Shown here: piece by piece, positions 56,801 through 64,000 of the stretch | How the letters are laid out: each line of letters opens with the position of its first letter | Numbering within the stretch: position 1 is the stretch's first letter | Assembly (NCBI GenBank): GCA_024694365.1 | Contig: JAILJX010000040.1 | Coordinates: 10,182-74,181, forward strand | Direction of reading: 5' to 3' | Source: Kiritimatiellia bacterium | GTDB taxonomy: Bacteria > Verrucomicrobiota > Kiritimatiellia > RFP12 > UBA1067 | DNA: 64,000 nt | Translations under genes and position numbers: made by a program | The notes under the pieces: model-generated | Databases searched by the model: none | Seen by the model: only the letters and a program-made list of their open reading frames with translations | What the model was told of the DNA's origin: nothing

Positions 56801-58003
56801 GCGCAGCAGAAGGCAAGGGAAGACGCGAGCGCGCAGGGGAATTTCTTCGATTTGATGTCGGGCGGCGCGGAGAAGTATGACGATTCGGACCTCGCCGACA
56901 GCCCTGTATTCACGCCGATAGAGGACCTCAAGAGCGAACGCGATCTTTTGGGGGTGTATGTGTCGGGGCATCCCTTGCAAAGCTGCAGGCGGGCGATTTC
57001 GGAGCTGTCGGAGTCGTGCACCCGCACGCGCCAGACCGGATCGAAGGAAGACGCCGTCGCATACGCCCCGTTCATGCTTGACAGGATCGCCAAGAGGCAG
57101 ACTTCGGAGGAGACTGAAGGCGAAGAGGGGATTGAGGCGGACGAAACCACAGGAGAAGACTCCGAAGAGGGAGAGAAGCAGGCGCGCTCACCCGCCGAAG
57201 ATCTGCTTCTTGGGTCGAAGGACGACGATTGGCAGCTGAAGGGCCTCGCGCGAAATATCGTCCGGGCCAAAGGCGAAGTGTCCTGGAGCGACAAGCAGGC
57301 ATTCGACAGGGCGGTCAATTCGGAGAAGTCCAGGCTGAGGCGGCGCTTCGACAAAAAGGAGCTGGATCCGCTGCTGCTGAAGCGTGTGGAGGTTCGGGCG
57401 GTCGCGATGCTCGAAGGGTGCTCGATCAAGATGCCCAAACCAAGGCCCGACGGATCGGTGGGCGAAAAATGGGCCATACTGTCGCTGGACGACGGCTCCG
57501 GGAGAGTCGACGCCTTTGCGTACGCCAAGTGCTGGTCTGCATACGGCGAGGCGATGGAGAAGTCTGTCGACAAGCTCGTTCTGGTGTGCGGCGAGGTGGC
57601 GTGCCGCACGGTATACTCGAAGGAGGATGCTTTCAAGGAGCATCCGACGCCGGGAGACGTCTCGCTGACGCTGAAAGAGGCGTATCCGCTCGAGACGGCG
57701 CTCCCGGCGATTTCAAAGTCGCTTCGTCTGAGGCTCGAATACGCCGATCCGGCTTTGCGGGAGAAAGTCGAGGCGGTGCGCGACGCCGCAGAGAAGAATC
57801 CCGGGAAGCTGCCGGTTTCCGCGGAGTTGCGGTATCCGGACGGCACTGTGGTCGAGATAGACTTCGGGGAGGGATGCCGCGCCGCAGTCAATGTGGGGTT
57901 CCTGTCGGTCATAGCGAAGTACATACCCCAGGGCGACATGGACTTCCGTCCGGAGCACAGGATGTCGCTGGCGCCCCGGGAACCCAAGCCATGGGAGATG
58001 TAG
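53804..58003 (+). CDS. dnaE: DNA polymerase III alpha subunit
   Basis: PHP domain (HLHLHT, TDHG, NDVH); GPGRGSAAGS, RISMPDIDVDF, KMDFLGL and YAFNKSH; HhH and OB fold. Confidence 0.98.
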   Translation: MSDFVHLHLHTTYSLLDGQCQIVPLVKRARQLGMRALAVTDHGNLFALKSFYDECRSKKEKTYGELAGVRVKPILGCEAYVTSTGDYRSRDKTEYRHHLCLHAKNAEGYHNLVRLMSEAHINGFYARPRIDHALLEKYHAGLHCSAACIAGEVPRAIERGDMAGAERIARWYKDVFGDDYSLEVMLHKAVKSGPDIPLSAQNDFADLYSRQLKVVKGMLELGKKLDIRVIATNDVHFLNADDDDSHDVLLALSTGKKMSDEGRLIYTGQEYFKTADEMSALFAENPELISNTLDVADRIEEYELDSPPIMPKFAIPAEFGTEEGYAKKFGEQALKDEFNVQKANNFDRLGGYEKVLRIKFEADYLAALVWEGSKKRWGDPVPEEVRDRVQFELDTIKLMGFPGYFLIVRDYIRAAREECGVWVGPGRGSAAGSAVAYALWITNVDPLKYDLLFERFLNPDRISMPDIDVDFDDAGRERVLDYVTRKYGADHVAHIVTFGQMAAKSAIKDVGRVMDYPLADTNKLASLVPETPKITFKKARAAAPDLDAAFNSQDPTVHKLMERAGRLEGCIRQPGVHACGVIISRDPIAETLPVMPTPEKGGRKKDQGEAKADKLLTTQYDGHFVEPVGLLKMDFLGLKTLTVEKECVMLLGKNNPRVPEALRGADGYLDPDRIPDDDKETYELFGRGETTGLFQFESDGMKKWLIALKPERLTDLVAMNALYRPGPMEYIPTFVKRKQGEEPVSYDHPLMESRLKDTYGVTVYQEQVMLLSRDLAGFTRGESDKLRKAMGKKLMDIMNELKAKFEKGCLENPEFRVGKWADEAEAKKLIEKIWTDWEAFASYAFNKSHAVCYAWVAYQTGYLKAHYPAEFMCAQISSEIGNFDKLPGFVAEAQAIDLDLMLPDVNESGSRFVPTHDAKGIRYGLGGIKGVGEMAAEAIVAEREKNGPYTGFLDFCMRLAGSNAVNKRVLENLTRSGAFSTLEPNRAKLYSNIEYALKKAQQKAREDASAQGNFFDLMSGGAEKYDDSDLADSPVFTPIEDLKSERDLLGVYVSGHPLQSCRRAISELSESCTRTRQTGSKEDAVAYAPFMLDRIAKRQTSEETEGEEGIEADETTGEDSEEGEKQARSPAEDLLLGSKDDDWQLKGLARNIVRAKGEVSWSDKQAFDRAVNSEKSRLRRRFDKKELDPLLLKRVEVRAVAMLEGCSIKMPKPRPDGSVGEKWAILSLDDGSGRVDAFAYAKCWSAYGEAMEKSVDKLVLVCGEVACRTVYSKEDAFKEHPTPGDVSLTLKEAYPLETALPAISKSLRLRLEYADPALREKVEAVRDAAEKNPGKLPVSAELRYPDGTVVEIDFGEGCRAAVNVGFLSVIAKYIPQGDMDFRPEHRMSLAPREPKPWEM

Positions 58004-58061
58004 CGGAGCGGAAGGCGTTGAACGGCGGCGCCGGGAAGAGAGCGGTTGCGCGGCGTCGAGG

Positions 58062-58090
58062 TTGACTTCGGACGGATGCTTTGCTAAAAT
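58062..58090 (+). promoter_or_regulatory. Leaderless-type promoter of rnr
   Basis: TTGACT-17 bp-TAAAAT with extended TG; ATG 6 nt after the -10. Confidence 0.7.
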
Positions 58091-58096
58091 TTCCGC

Positions 58097-59641
58097 ATGT
58101 ACGAAGAAAACGAAATACGGTTCCCGCCTCCAGGGCGGACGCCGCGCGAAGACACGGCGGCGGTGATGAAGTTCTACAAGCTGCCCGAGTCTTTCCCGCG
58201 ATCGGTTCTCGACGAGGCGAAGCGGTGCGCGGAGAAACTGGACAATCCCGGCAAACGCCTCGATCTGAGACGCAAATTCATTTTCACGTGCGATCCCCAG
58301 AGCGCCCGCGACTACGATGACGCGCTGTCGCTGGAGACTGACCGCAAAGGCAACCGCGTCCTTGGGGTCCATATCGCCGACGTCTCCCACTTCGTCGAGA
58401 GCGGAAGCGCCCTGGACCGCGAGGCGTACAGGCGTTCCACAAGCGTGTATCTGGCGGACAGGGTCGTGCCGATGCTTCCGGAAGAGCTGTCGAACGGACT
58501 CTGCTCGCTCGTCCCCGGCGAGGATCGGCTTGCTTTCTCCGTGTTCATGACATTCGACAAGTCGGGCGAAATGGTGAAGCGCTCCTTCGCGAAAAGCGTA
58601 ATCCGCTCCAAGGCGAGATTTTCCTACGAGCAGGTGATGGCGATAATCCGCGGCGCTGCAGGCGGTCTCGGAAAGCGCGAGGCGAAACTGATACGCGAAG
58701 TGAACGCTCTTGCGCAGCAGCTGAGGGCGGCGCGGTTCGCGTCCGGCGCGCTCGACATCGAAATTCCCGAAGCGGAAGTCCTCCTGGACGAAAGCGGCGA
58801 GATGACGGGCCTGGCGACGCGTCCGTACGATGAATCCCATCAGATGATCGAGGAATGCATGGTGGCGGCGAACGAGGCGGTCGCCAAGGAACTGTGGACC
58901 AAGGGGGTGAAAATCCTCGCGCGGCTCCATGAGCCGCCGGACGAGGAGAAGCTCCTGATGCTGAGGGCCGACATGCGCGGACTCGGTGTGAAGATGGGCG
59001 ACATATCAAAGCAGAAGGTCTTCGCGCAGTTTTTGAGGTCGATAAAGCGCAACCCCCTTTATCCGACGCTTGCGATGATGGTGCTGCGGTCCATGAAAAG
59101 GGCTGTCTACGACGGATCGAACATGGGGCACTTCGGGCTCGCGAAGAAATACTACGCCCATTTCACCTCTCCGATCAGGCGCTATCCCGATCTCACGCTC
59201 CACCGCCAGCTGTCCGCGTACCTCGAGGGCGGGGCTTCCGCGGCGCGTGTTCCCGCCAAGATTCTCGCGAAATGGGCGAAACACACGAGCGACTGCGAAG
59301 AGACTGCGGCCGAGGCGGAGAGGGGACTTCTGGAGATAAAGAAGTTCCGTCTTCTCGAGTCGCAGCTTTCGACGCGGCAGATACTCGATTACGACGCGGT
59401 CGTCGTCAAGTGCGCGCCGTTCGGATGCTTCGTGGAGATACCGGAACTCGCCGTTTCGGGGCTCGTGCACGTGTCGCTTCTGTCGCGGAAATTCGTTTCG
59501 TTCAACGAGTCGGACCACTCCCTCTCGGCGCCCGGCGGAGGAAGATGGCGGATAGGCGACAGGATGAGGGTTCACGTCGCGAAAGTCGATTTCGTGCAGC
59601 GAAAGGTGGACTTCGTCCCTGTGAGGCGAAATTTGGTATAA
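58097..59641 (+). CDS. rnr: RNase R/RNase II family exoribonuclease (RNB + S1 only)
   Basis: DPQSARDYDDA, HIADV, IEECMVAAN, HFGLA and HFTSPIRRYPD; C-terminal S1. Confidence 0.9.
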   Translation: MYEENEIRFPPPGRTPREDTAAVMKFYKLPESFPRSVLDEAKRCAEKLDNPGKRLDLRRKFIFTCDPQSARDYDDALSLETDRKGNRVLGVHIADVSHFVESGSALDREAYRRSTSVYLADRVVPMLPEELSNGLCSLVPGEDRLAFSVFMTFDKSGEMVKRSFAKSVIRSKARFSYEQVMAIIRGAAGGLGKREAKLIREVNALAQQLRAARFASGALDIEIPEAEVLLDESGEMTGLATRPYDESHQMIEECMVAANEAVAKELWTKGVKILARLHEPPDEEKLLMLRADMRGLGVKMGDISKQKVFAQFLRSIKRNPLYPTLAMMVLRSMKRAVYDGSNMGHFGLAKKYYAHFTSPIRRYPDLTLHRQLSAYLEGGASAARVPAKILAKWAKHTSDCEETAAEAERGLLEIKKFRLLESQLSTRQILDYDAVVVKCAPFGCFVEIPELAVSGLVHVSLLSRKFVSFNESDHSLSAPGGGRWRIGDRMRVHVAKVDFVQRKVDFVPVRRNLV

Positions 59642-59652
59642 TATCTTCCATT

Positions 59653-60207
59653 ATGTCCCAAACACATAAAATATTCGTGGGTGCAGATTCGTTCCTGCGC
59701 GATTCCTGGAGGTTGGCGGCGGCAGTGCGCGAAAGCGGATGGCGTCCGGATTGGCTTGTCGCGCTTTGGCGAGGCGGCGCCCTTGCAGGCATGGCGGTCC
59801 ACGAGTTCCTGAAGGTCTCCGGGTGGAACCTGCGTCACGCGCCTCTCAAATGCTCCAGTTACGCAGGATTGGGCGAAAATACGGGAAAGGTGTCGTTCTC
59901 TTTGGAGGAGCCGTTTTTCGCCATGTTCCGCCCAGGCGAGAAAGTGCTCGTCGTCGATGACGTCTTCGACACGGGCAGGACCGCGGAAGCGGTGAAAAAG
60001 CGTTTCGCAGCCGCGGGATGCGAGGCGAGATTCGCGGCTGTCTATTGGAAACCGGAGAAAAACGAGACGCAAACGAAGCCCGATTGGCACGTGCGGGACG
60101 CAGGAGGGGATTGGATAGTCTTCCCCCACGAAATCGAAGGGTTGTCTGCGGACGAGATCCGCAGAAAGGACCCCGAGCTAGGCACGATACTCGAAAAAAT
60201 GGTATAA
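59653..60207 (+). CDS. Type I phosphoribosyltransferase (purine PRT-like)
   Basis: ALWRGG, PRPP loop VLVVDDVFDTGRT and WIVFPHE. Confidence 0.88.
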   Translation: MSQTHKIFVGADSFLRDSWRLAAAVRESGWRPDWLVALWRGGALAGMAVHEFLKVSGWNLRHAPLKCSSYAGLGENTGKVSFSLEEPFFAMFRPGEKVLVVDDVFDTGRTAEAVKKRFAAAGCEARFAAVYWKPEKNETQTKPDWHVRDAGGDWIVFPHEIEGLSADEIRRKDPELGTILEKMV

Positions 60208-60218
60208 TATCCCCCCTT

Positions 60219-62879
60219 ATGATGGACAAGCATTATGACGCAAAGGCCGCTGAGGCCAAGTGGTATCCCTTTTGGGAGAAAAACGGTTGTTTCCACGACG
60301 AACCCGATGGGCGCGAGCCGTACTCGGTGGTGATTCCGCCTCCGAATGTCACGGGCATATTGCATATGGGCCATGCGCTCAACCAGACGATACAGGACAT
60401 ACTGGTGCGCTGGCGCCGCATGCAGGGCCGCAACACGCTTTGGCTCCCCGGCACGGACCATGCCGGCATAGCGACGCAGAATGTCGTGGAGAAAGCGCTC
60501 AAGAAGGAGGGCAAGCGCCGCCAGGATCTCGGGCGCGAGGCGTTTGTCGAGCGCGTGTGGGAGTGGAAGAAACAGTACGGCGGCACCATCGTCCACCAGC
60601 AGCGCATGCTCGGCAACTCCACCGACTGGCGCCGCGAGCGCTTCACTTTCGATGAAGGATGCAACAGGGCCGTCCTCAAGGTTTTCAAGCGTCTTTACGA
60701 CGAAGGGCTCGTCTACAAGGGCAATTACATCGTGAACTGGTGCCCGAGATGCGGAACCGCCCTTGCCAACGACGAGGTCGAGCACGAGCCCAACCATGGA
60801 CATTTCTGGTATGTGCGCTATCCCGTCGTCGGAAGCGCGTCCGGCGTCAAAGGCGAGCCGTACAAAGACTACGTCATGGTCGCGACGACGCGTCCCGAGA
60901 CTCTTCCCGGCGATACCGCCGTCGCGGTGAATCCCAAGGACGAACGTTACGCGCACCTTCTTGGGAAAACCGTCATTCTGCCCTTGACCGGCAGGGAGAT
61001 ACCCGTCATAGCGGACGACTACGTCGACCGCGAGTTCGGAACCGGCATCGTGAAGATCACGCCGGCGCACGATCCCAACGACTTCCTCGTCGGCAAGCGT
61101 CACAATCTGGCCGAGATCAACATCATGAACGGCGACGGAACGATGAACGCTCTCGCGGGCGACAGATACTGCGGCATGGACCGCTTCAAATGCCGCGAGG
61201 CGATCGTCGCCGATCTTGAGGCCGGGGGCTATCTCGACCACATCGAGGACATCGACAACCAGGTCGGCCACTGCTACCGCTGCCACGAGACCGTCGAATC
61301 GCGCCTTTCCAAGCAGTGGTTCGTGAAGATGAAGCCCCTCGCCGAGCCGGCGATCGCGGCGGTGAAGTCGGGAGAGGTCCGCTTCGTGCCGGACCGCTGG
61401 TCCAAAATCTACTACAACTGGATGGAGAACATACAGGACTGGTGCATCTCGCGCCAGCTTTGGTGGGGCCACAGAATCCCGGCCTGGTATCTCGGAGACG
61501 ACGTGTTCGTCGCCGAAACGGCCGAGGATGCCCTCGAGCAGGCGAAGGCCAAGACGGGCAACGCGGCGCTCAAGCTTTCCGACCTCGAGCAGGATCCGGA
61601 CGTGCTCGACACGTGGTTCAGCTCATGGCTCTGGCCGTTCTCCACGCTAGGCTGGCCGGAGAAGACTGCGGATCTCGACTACTACTATCCGACGAGCGAT
61701 CTCGTCACGGCCCAGGACATCATTTTCTTCTGGGTCGCCAGGATGATGATGGCCGGCATCCACTTCATGGGCAAGCCTCCGTTCAGGAACATAGTGATAC
61801 ACGGGATCGTCCGCGACGCCCAGGGCAGGAAAATGTCGAAGTCCCTCGGCAATTCCCTCGACCCCCTCGAGCTCATCAACCAGTACTCCGCCGATGCGCT
61901 CAGGTTCTCGATCGCGCTCATCACGTCGCTCGACTGCGACACGAAAGTCAACAAGGAGAAGTTCGAGATCGGACGCAACTTCACGACGAAGATCTGGAAT
62001 GCCGCGCGCTTCATGGAGATGCAGGGAGAGCCTGCGGCGTCGTTTTCGGCGGAGGATCTCTCTTCCGACGACCGGCACATGCTTCTTGCGTGCGACAAGG
62101 CGTGCGCAAAGGTGAATGCGATACTCGAGAACTACCGCGTGCAGGACGGCGCGCTCGCGGTATACGATTTCTTCTGGACCCAGATATGCGACTGGTACGT
62201 CGAGTACGTGAAGGACGCGCCGAACAAGGCGGTGTCCGTCGCGATTCTCCGCGACGTGTTCTGGAAGGCGCTGAGGCTTCTCCATCCATACATGCCTTTC
62301 GTCACCGAGGAGGTCGCCCATCAGCTCGGCTATCTCAAGGACGGGGAATCCATCATGCGCGCGGAATTCCCGAAGGGCTACACCGTCGAGGAGAAGAAGG
62401 CCTGGGGCCTTTCGGAGGCCGTGCATGATTTCGTCGAGAGGAAGCGCGAGGCCATAACGGCTCTCAGGGCGCTCAGGGCGGAGTACAAGGTGCCTCCCGC
62501 CGCATTCGTCAAGGTGACCGTCGCGACGGACGATCCTCTGGCCCGGGCCGAGGCGCCTTCGCTCAAGCGCGCGATGAGGGCCGAGACCGTCGAATTCGCC
62601 CCCCAGGGCGCCGATCTCCCGATGCCGTCGAAGATCACGGCTTTCGGAACGGTGTATCTCTCCCTCGAAGGACTCGTCGACAAGGCGGCTGAATCAAAGC
62701 GCATCGCCGGCGAACTCGCCAAGCTCGCGGGATTCATAAAAGCGTCCGAGGCGAAGCTCGCAAATGCGAATTTCGTCTCCCACGCCCCCGCGGCGGTCGT
62801 GGACGAGGCGAAGCGCAAGCTCGCCGAGAACAGGGAGAAGGTCGCGCAGCTCGAAAAGCTGGCGAAGCTCTTCGCATGA
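60219..62879 (+). CDS. valS: Valyl-tRNA synthetase
   Basis: PPPNVTGILHMGH, DHAGIATQ, DWCISRQLWWGH and KMSKS; C-terminal coiled coil. Confidence 0.98.
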   Translation: MMDKHYDAKAAEAKWYPFWEKNGCFHDEPDGREPYSVVIPPPNVTGILHMGHALNQTIQDILVRWRRMQGRNTLWLPGTDHAGIATQNVVEKALKKEGKRRQDLGREAFVERVWEWKKQYGGTIVHQQRMLGNSTDWRRERFTFDEGCNRAVLKVFKRLYDEGLVYKGNYIVNWCPRCGTALANDEVEHEPNHGHFWYVRYPVVGSASGVKGEPYKDYVMVATTRPETLPGDTAVAVNPKDERYAHLLGKTVILPLTGREIPVIADDYVDREFGTGIVKITPAHDPNDFLVGKRHNLAEINIMNGDGTMNALAGDRYCGMDRFKCREAIVADLEAGGYLDHIEDIDNQVGHCYRCHETVESRLSKQWFVKMKPLAEPAIAAVKSGEVRFVPDRWSKIYYNWMENIQDWCISRQLWWGHRIPAWYLGDDVFVAETAEDALEQAKAKTGNAALKLSDLEQDPDVLDTWFSSWLWPFSTLGWPEKTADLDYYYPTSDLVTAQDIIFFWVARMMMAGIHFMGKPPFRNIVIHGIVRDAQGRKMSKSLGNSLDPLELINQYSADALRFSIALITSLDCDTKVNKEKFEIGRNFTTKIWNAARFMEMQGEPAASFSAEDLSSDDRHMLLACDKACAKVNAILENYRVQDGALAVYDFFWTQICDWYVEYVKDAPNKAVSVAILRDVFWKALRLLHPYMPFVTEEVAHQLGYLKDGESIMRAEFPKGYTVEEKKAWGLSEAVHDFVERKREAITALRALRAEYKVPPAAFVKVTVATDDPLARAEAPSLKRAMRAETVEFAPQGADLPMPSKITAFGTVYLSLEGLVDKAAESKRIAGELAKLAGFIKASEAKLANANFVSHAPAAVVDEAKRKLAENREKVAQLEKLAKLFA

Positions 62880-63481
62880 TAGCGTACATAAGAGGGATCC
62901 TCGCGGAGAAGGAACCGGTCCGCGCCGTCGTCGAGGCGGCGGGGATAGGGTACGAGCTTCTCATCCCTCTTTCTACTTTCGACAGGCTCCCCAAGACCGG
63001 GGAGGAGGTGAAGCTTCTCGCCTATCACTGCGTGCGGGAGGATGACGAAATCCTTTTCGGCTTCGCCACGGCGGCGGAGAGGGAGCTTTTCGCGAAGCTT
63101 ACCGCCGTAAGCGGAGTGGGACCGAAAATCGCGCTGTCGATCCTTTCGGGCGGGTCGGTGGGCGAGTTGGCCCTGGCCATAGCGAGCGGCGGGGCGAAGA
63201 GGCTTTCGTCCATAAAGGGCGTCGGGAAAAAGACTGCCGAGAAGATATGCATCGAGCTCAAGGACAAGGTGAATGCGATCGAGGCGCTCGCCGCCACACA
63301 GCGCACCGGCAGCAAAGAAAACGCCTCTGCGCCGATCCTGCACGATGCGATATTGGCGCTCTCGGCTCTGGGTTTCAACGAAGAGACGGCCGGCAAGATG
63401 GTAAGCGGCGCCATCGCCTCCAATCCCGACGCGAAGGATACCGAGTCGATCGTCCGCCTTGCCTTGAGAAGCGGCAAGTGA
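62876..63481 (+). CDS. ruvA: Holliday junction branch migration protein RuvA
   Basis: MIAYIRG, GIGYE, VRED, VSGVGPK and GVGKKTAE motifs. Confidence 0.96.
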   Translation: MIAYIRGILAEKEPVRAVVEAAGIGYELLIPLSTFDRLPKTGEEVKLLAYHCVREDDEILFGFATAAERELFAKLTAVSGVGPKIALSILSGGSVGELALAIASGGAKRLSSIKGVGKKTAEKICIELKDKVNAIEALAATQRTGSKENASAPILHDAILALSALGFNEETAGKMVSGAIASNPDAKDTESIVRLALRSGK

Positions 63482-63486
63482 CGGTG

Positions 63487-64000
63487 ATGGCCTTGTCTGC
63501 GAGAAAAACCGCGCTTTTGGCGGCATGTCTGGCGGCCATCTCCGTTCTGCGCGCCGAAGGGCTTTTGCGGCGCATCGTGGAGCCCGTCTCCGCGGTGACG
63601 AATTCATCCGGACGCGTCGTCTATGATTTCGGACGCGAATCTTTCGGCTGGGCGGAGGCCAGAGGACGGGGCGAGGCCGAAATCCGCATGGGAGAGCTTT
63701 TGGGCGACGATGGCGGAGTGGAGATGAATCCAGGCGGAACCATACGGGCCGCGTCCGCGAAGCTTGTCCTTGACGGAAACTTCCGGCGCGTCCCGCTGAC
63801 TCCCGACAAACGCAACACAACCGGCGGCGCGGAGGGCGCCGCCATACGCCTGCCCGAGAAATTCGGGACCGTCATGCCCATCCGCTTCGTGGAGACCCCA
63901 ATCGGCGCGGAGGTGCGGCTCGTCGCCGTGGAATGGCCCATGGATCGCACCGCATCCGCATTTTCCTGCGACGATCCGGCGCTGGAGAGGGTGTACGGCT
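63487..64000 (+). CDS. Alpha-L-rhamnosidase-like (GH78) protein, 3'-truncated by the window edge
   Basis: Hand translation is open to the window end: signal peptide, VYDFGRESFG, MGE, MPIRFVE and AFSCDDPALERVY. Confidence 0.65.
   Translation, partial: MALSARKTALLAACLAAISVLRAEGLLRRIVEPVSAVTNSSGRVVYDFGRESFGWAEARGRGEAEIRMGELLGDDGGVEMNPGGTIRAASAKLVLDGNFRRVPLTPDKRNTTGGAEGAAIRLPEKFGTVMPIRFVETPIGAEVRLVAVEWPMDRTASAFSCDDPALERVYG

Noticed and set aside
53804-58003. Intein in the long DnaE
   Set aside because: No N-terminal C/S block, HN-C junction or LAGLIDADG motifs were seen; the extra length comes from insertions.

Overview
GC-rich bacterial chromosomal segment with about 54 genes, all on the + strand except hrpA and a LysR relic. 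The gene content suggests an anaerobic gut/rumen-type organism, possibly PVC/Kiritimatiellota; this is inference only. Housekeeping genes: serS, pyrF, ilvC, HU, trpS-scpA-scpB, purD, tsaD, rpsO-pnp, dnaE, rnr, valS, ruvA. Carbohydrate genes are scattered: FGGY kinase + Na+/sugar symporter + an unclassified secreted glycosidase-like protein, a GH10 xylanase, a GH123/DUF4091 protein, a GH33 sialidase and a partial GH78. Other loci are a CsoR/P1B-ATPase unit with a clear operator, a nifU-DUF1846-radical SAM cluster, an hfs-type sensory + catalytic [FeFe]-hydrogenase operon running into an Fe-S aldo/keto reductase and a polyferredoxin-DUF1893 fusion, and a pilB-pilT-pilB locus. Features not in the ORF track include a 796-bp decayed IS with ~50-bp terminal inverted repeats and a 16-bp target duplication just upstream of the hydrogenase promoter, many leaderless-type promoters, stop codons that double as promoter elements, a structured rpsO leader and a deleted LysR relic. 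No CRISPR array, rRNA or tRNA was seen. No wholly new system is proven. The best candidates are the extended H2-sensing redox operon, the nifU-DUF1846-rSAM unit and the rpsO leader. All family calls are from motif recognition by eye, not database searches.
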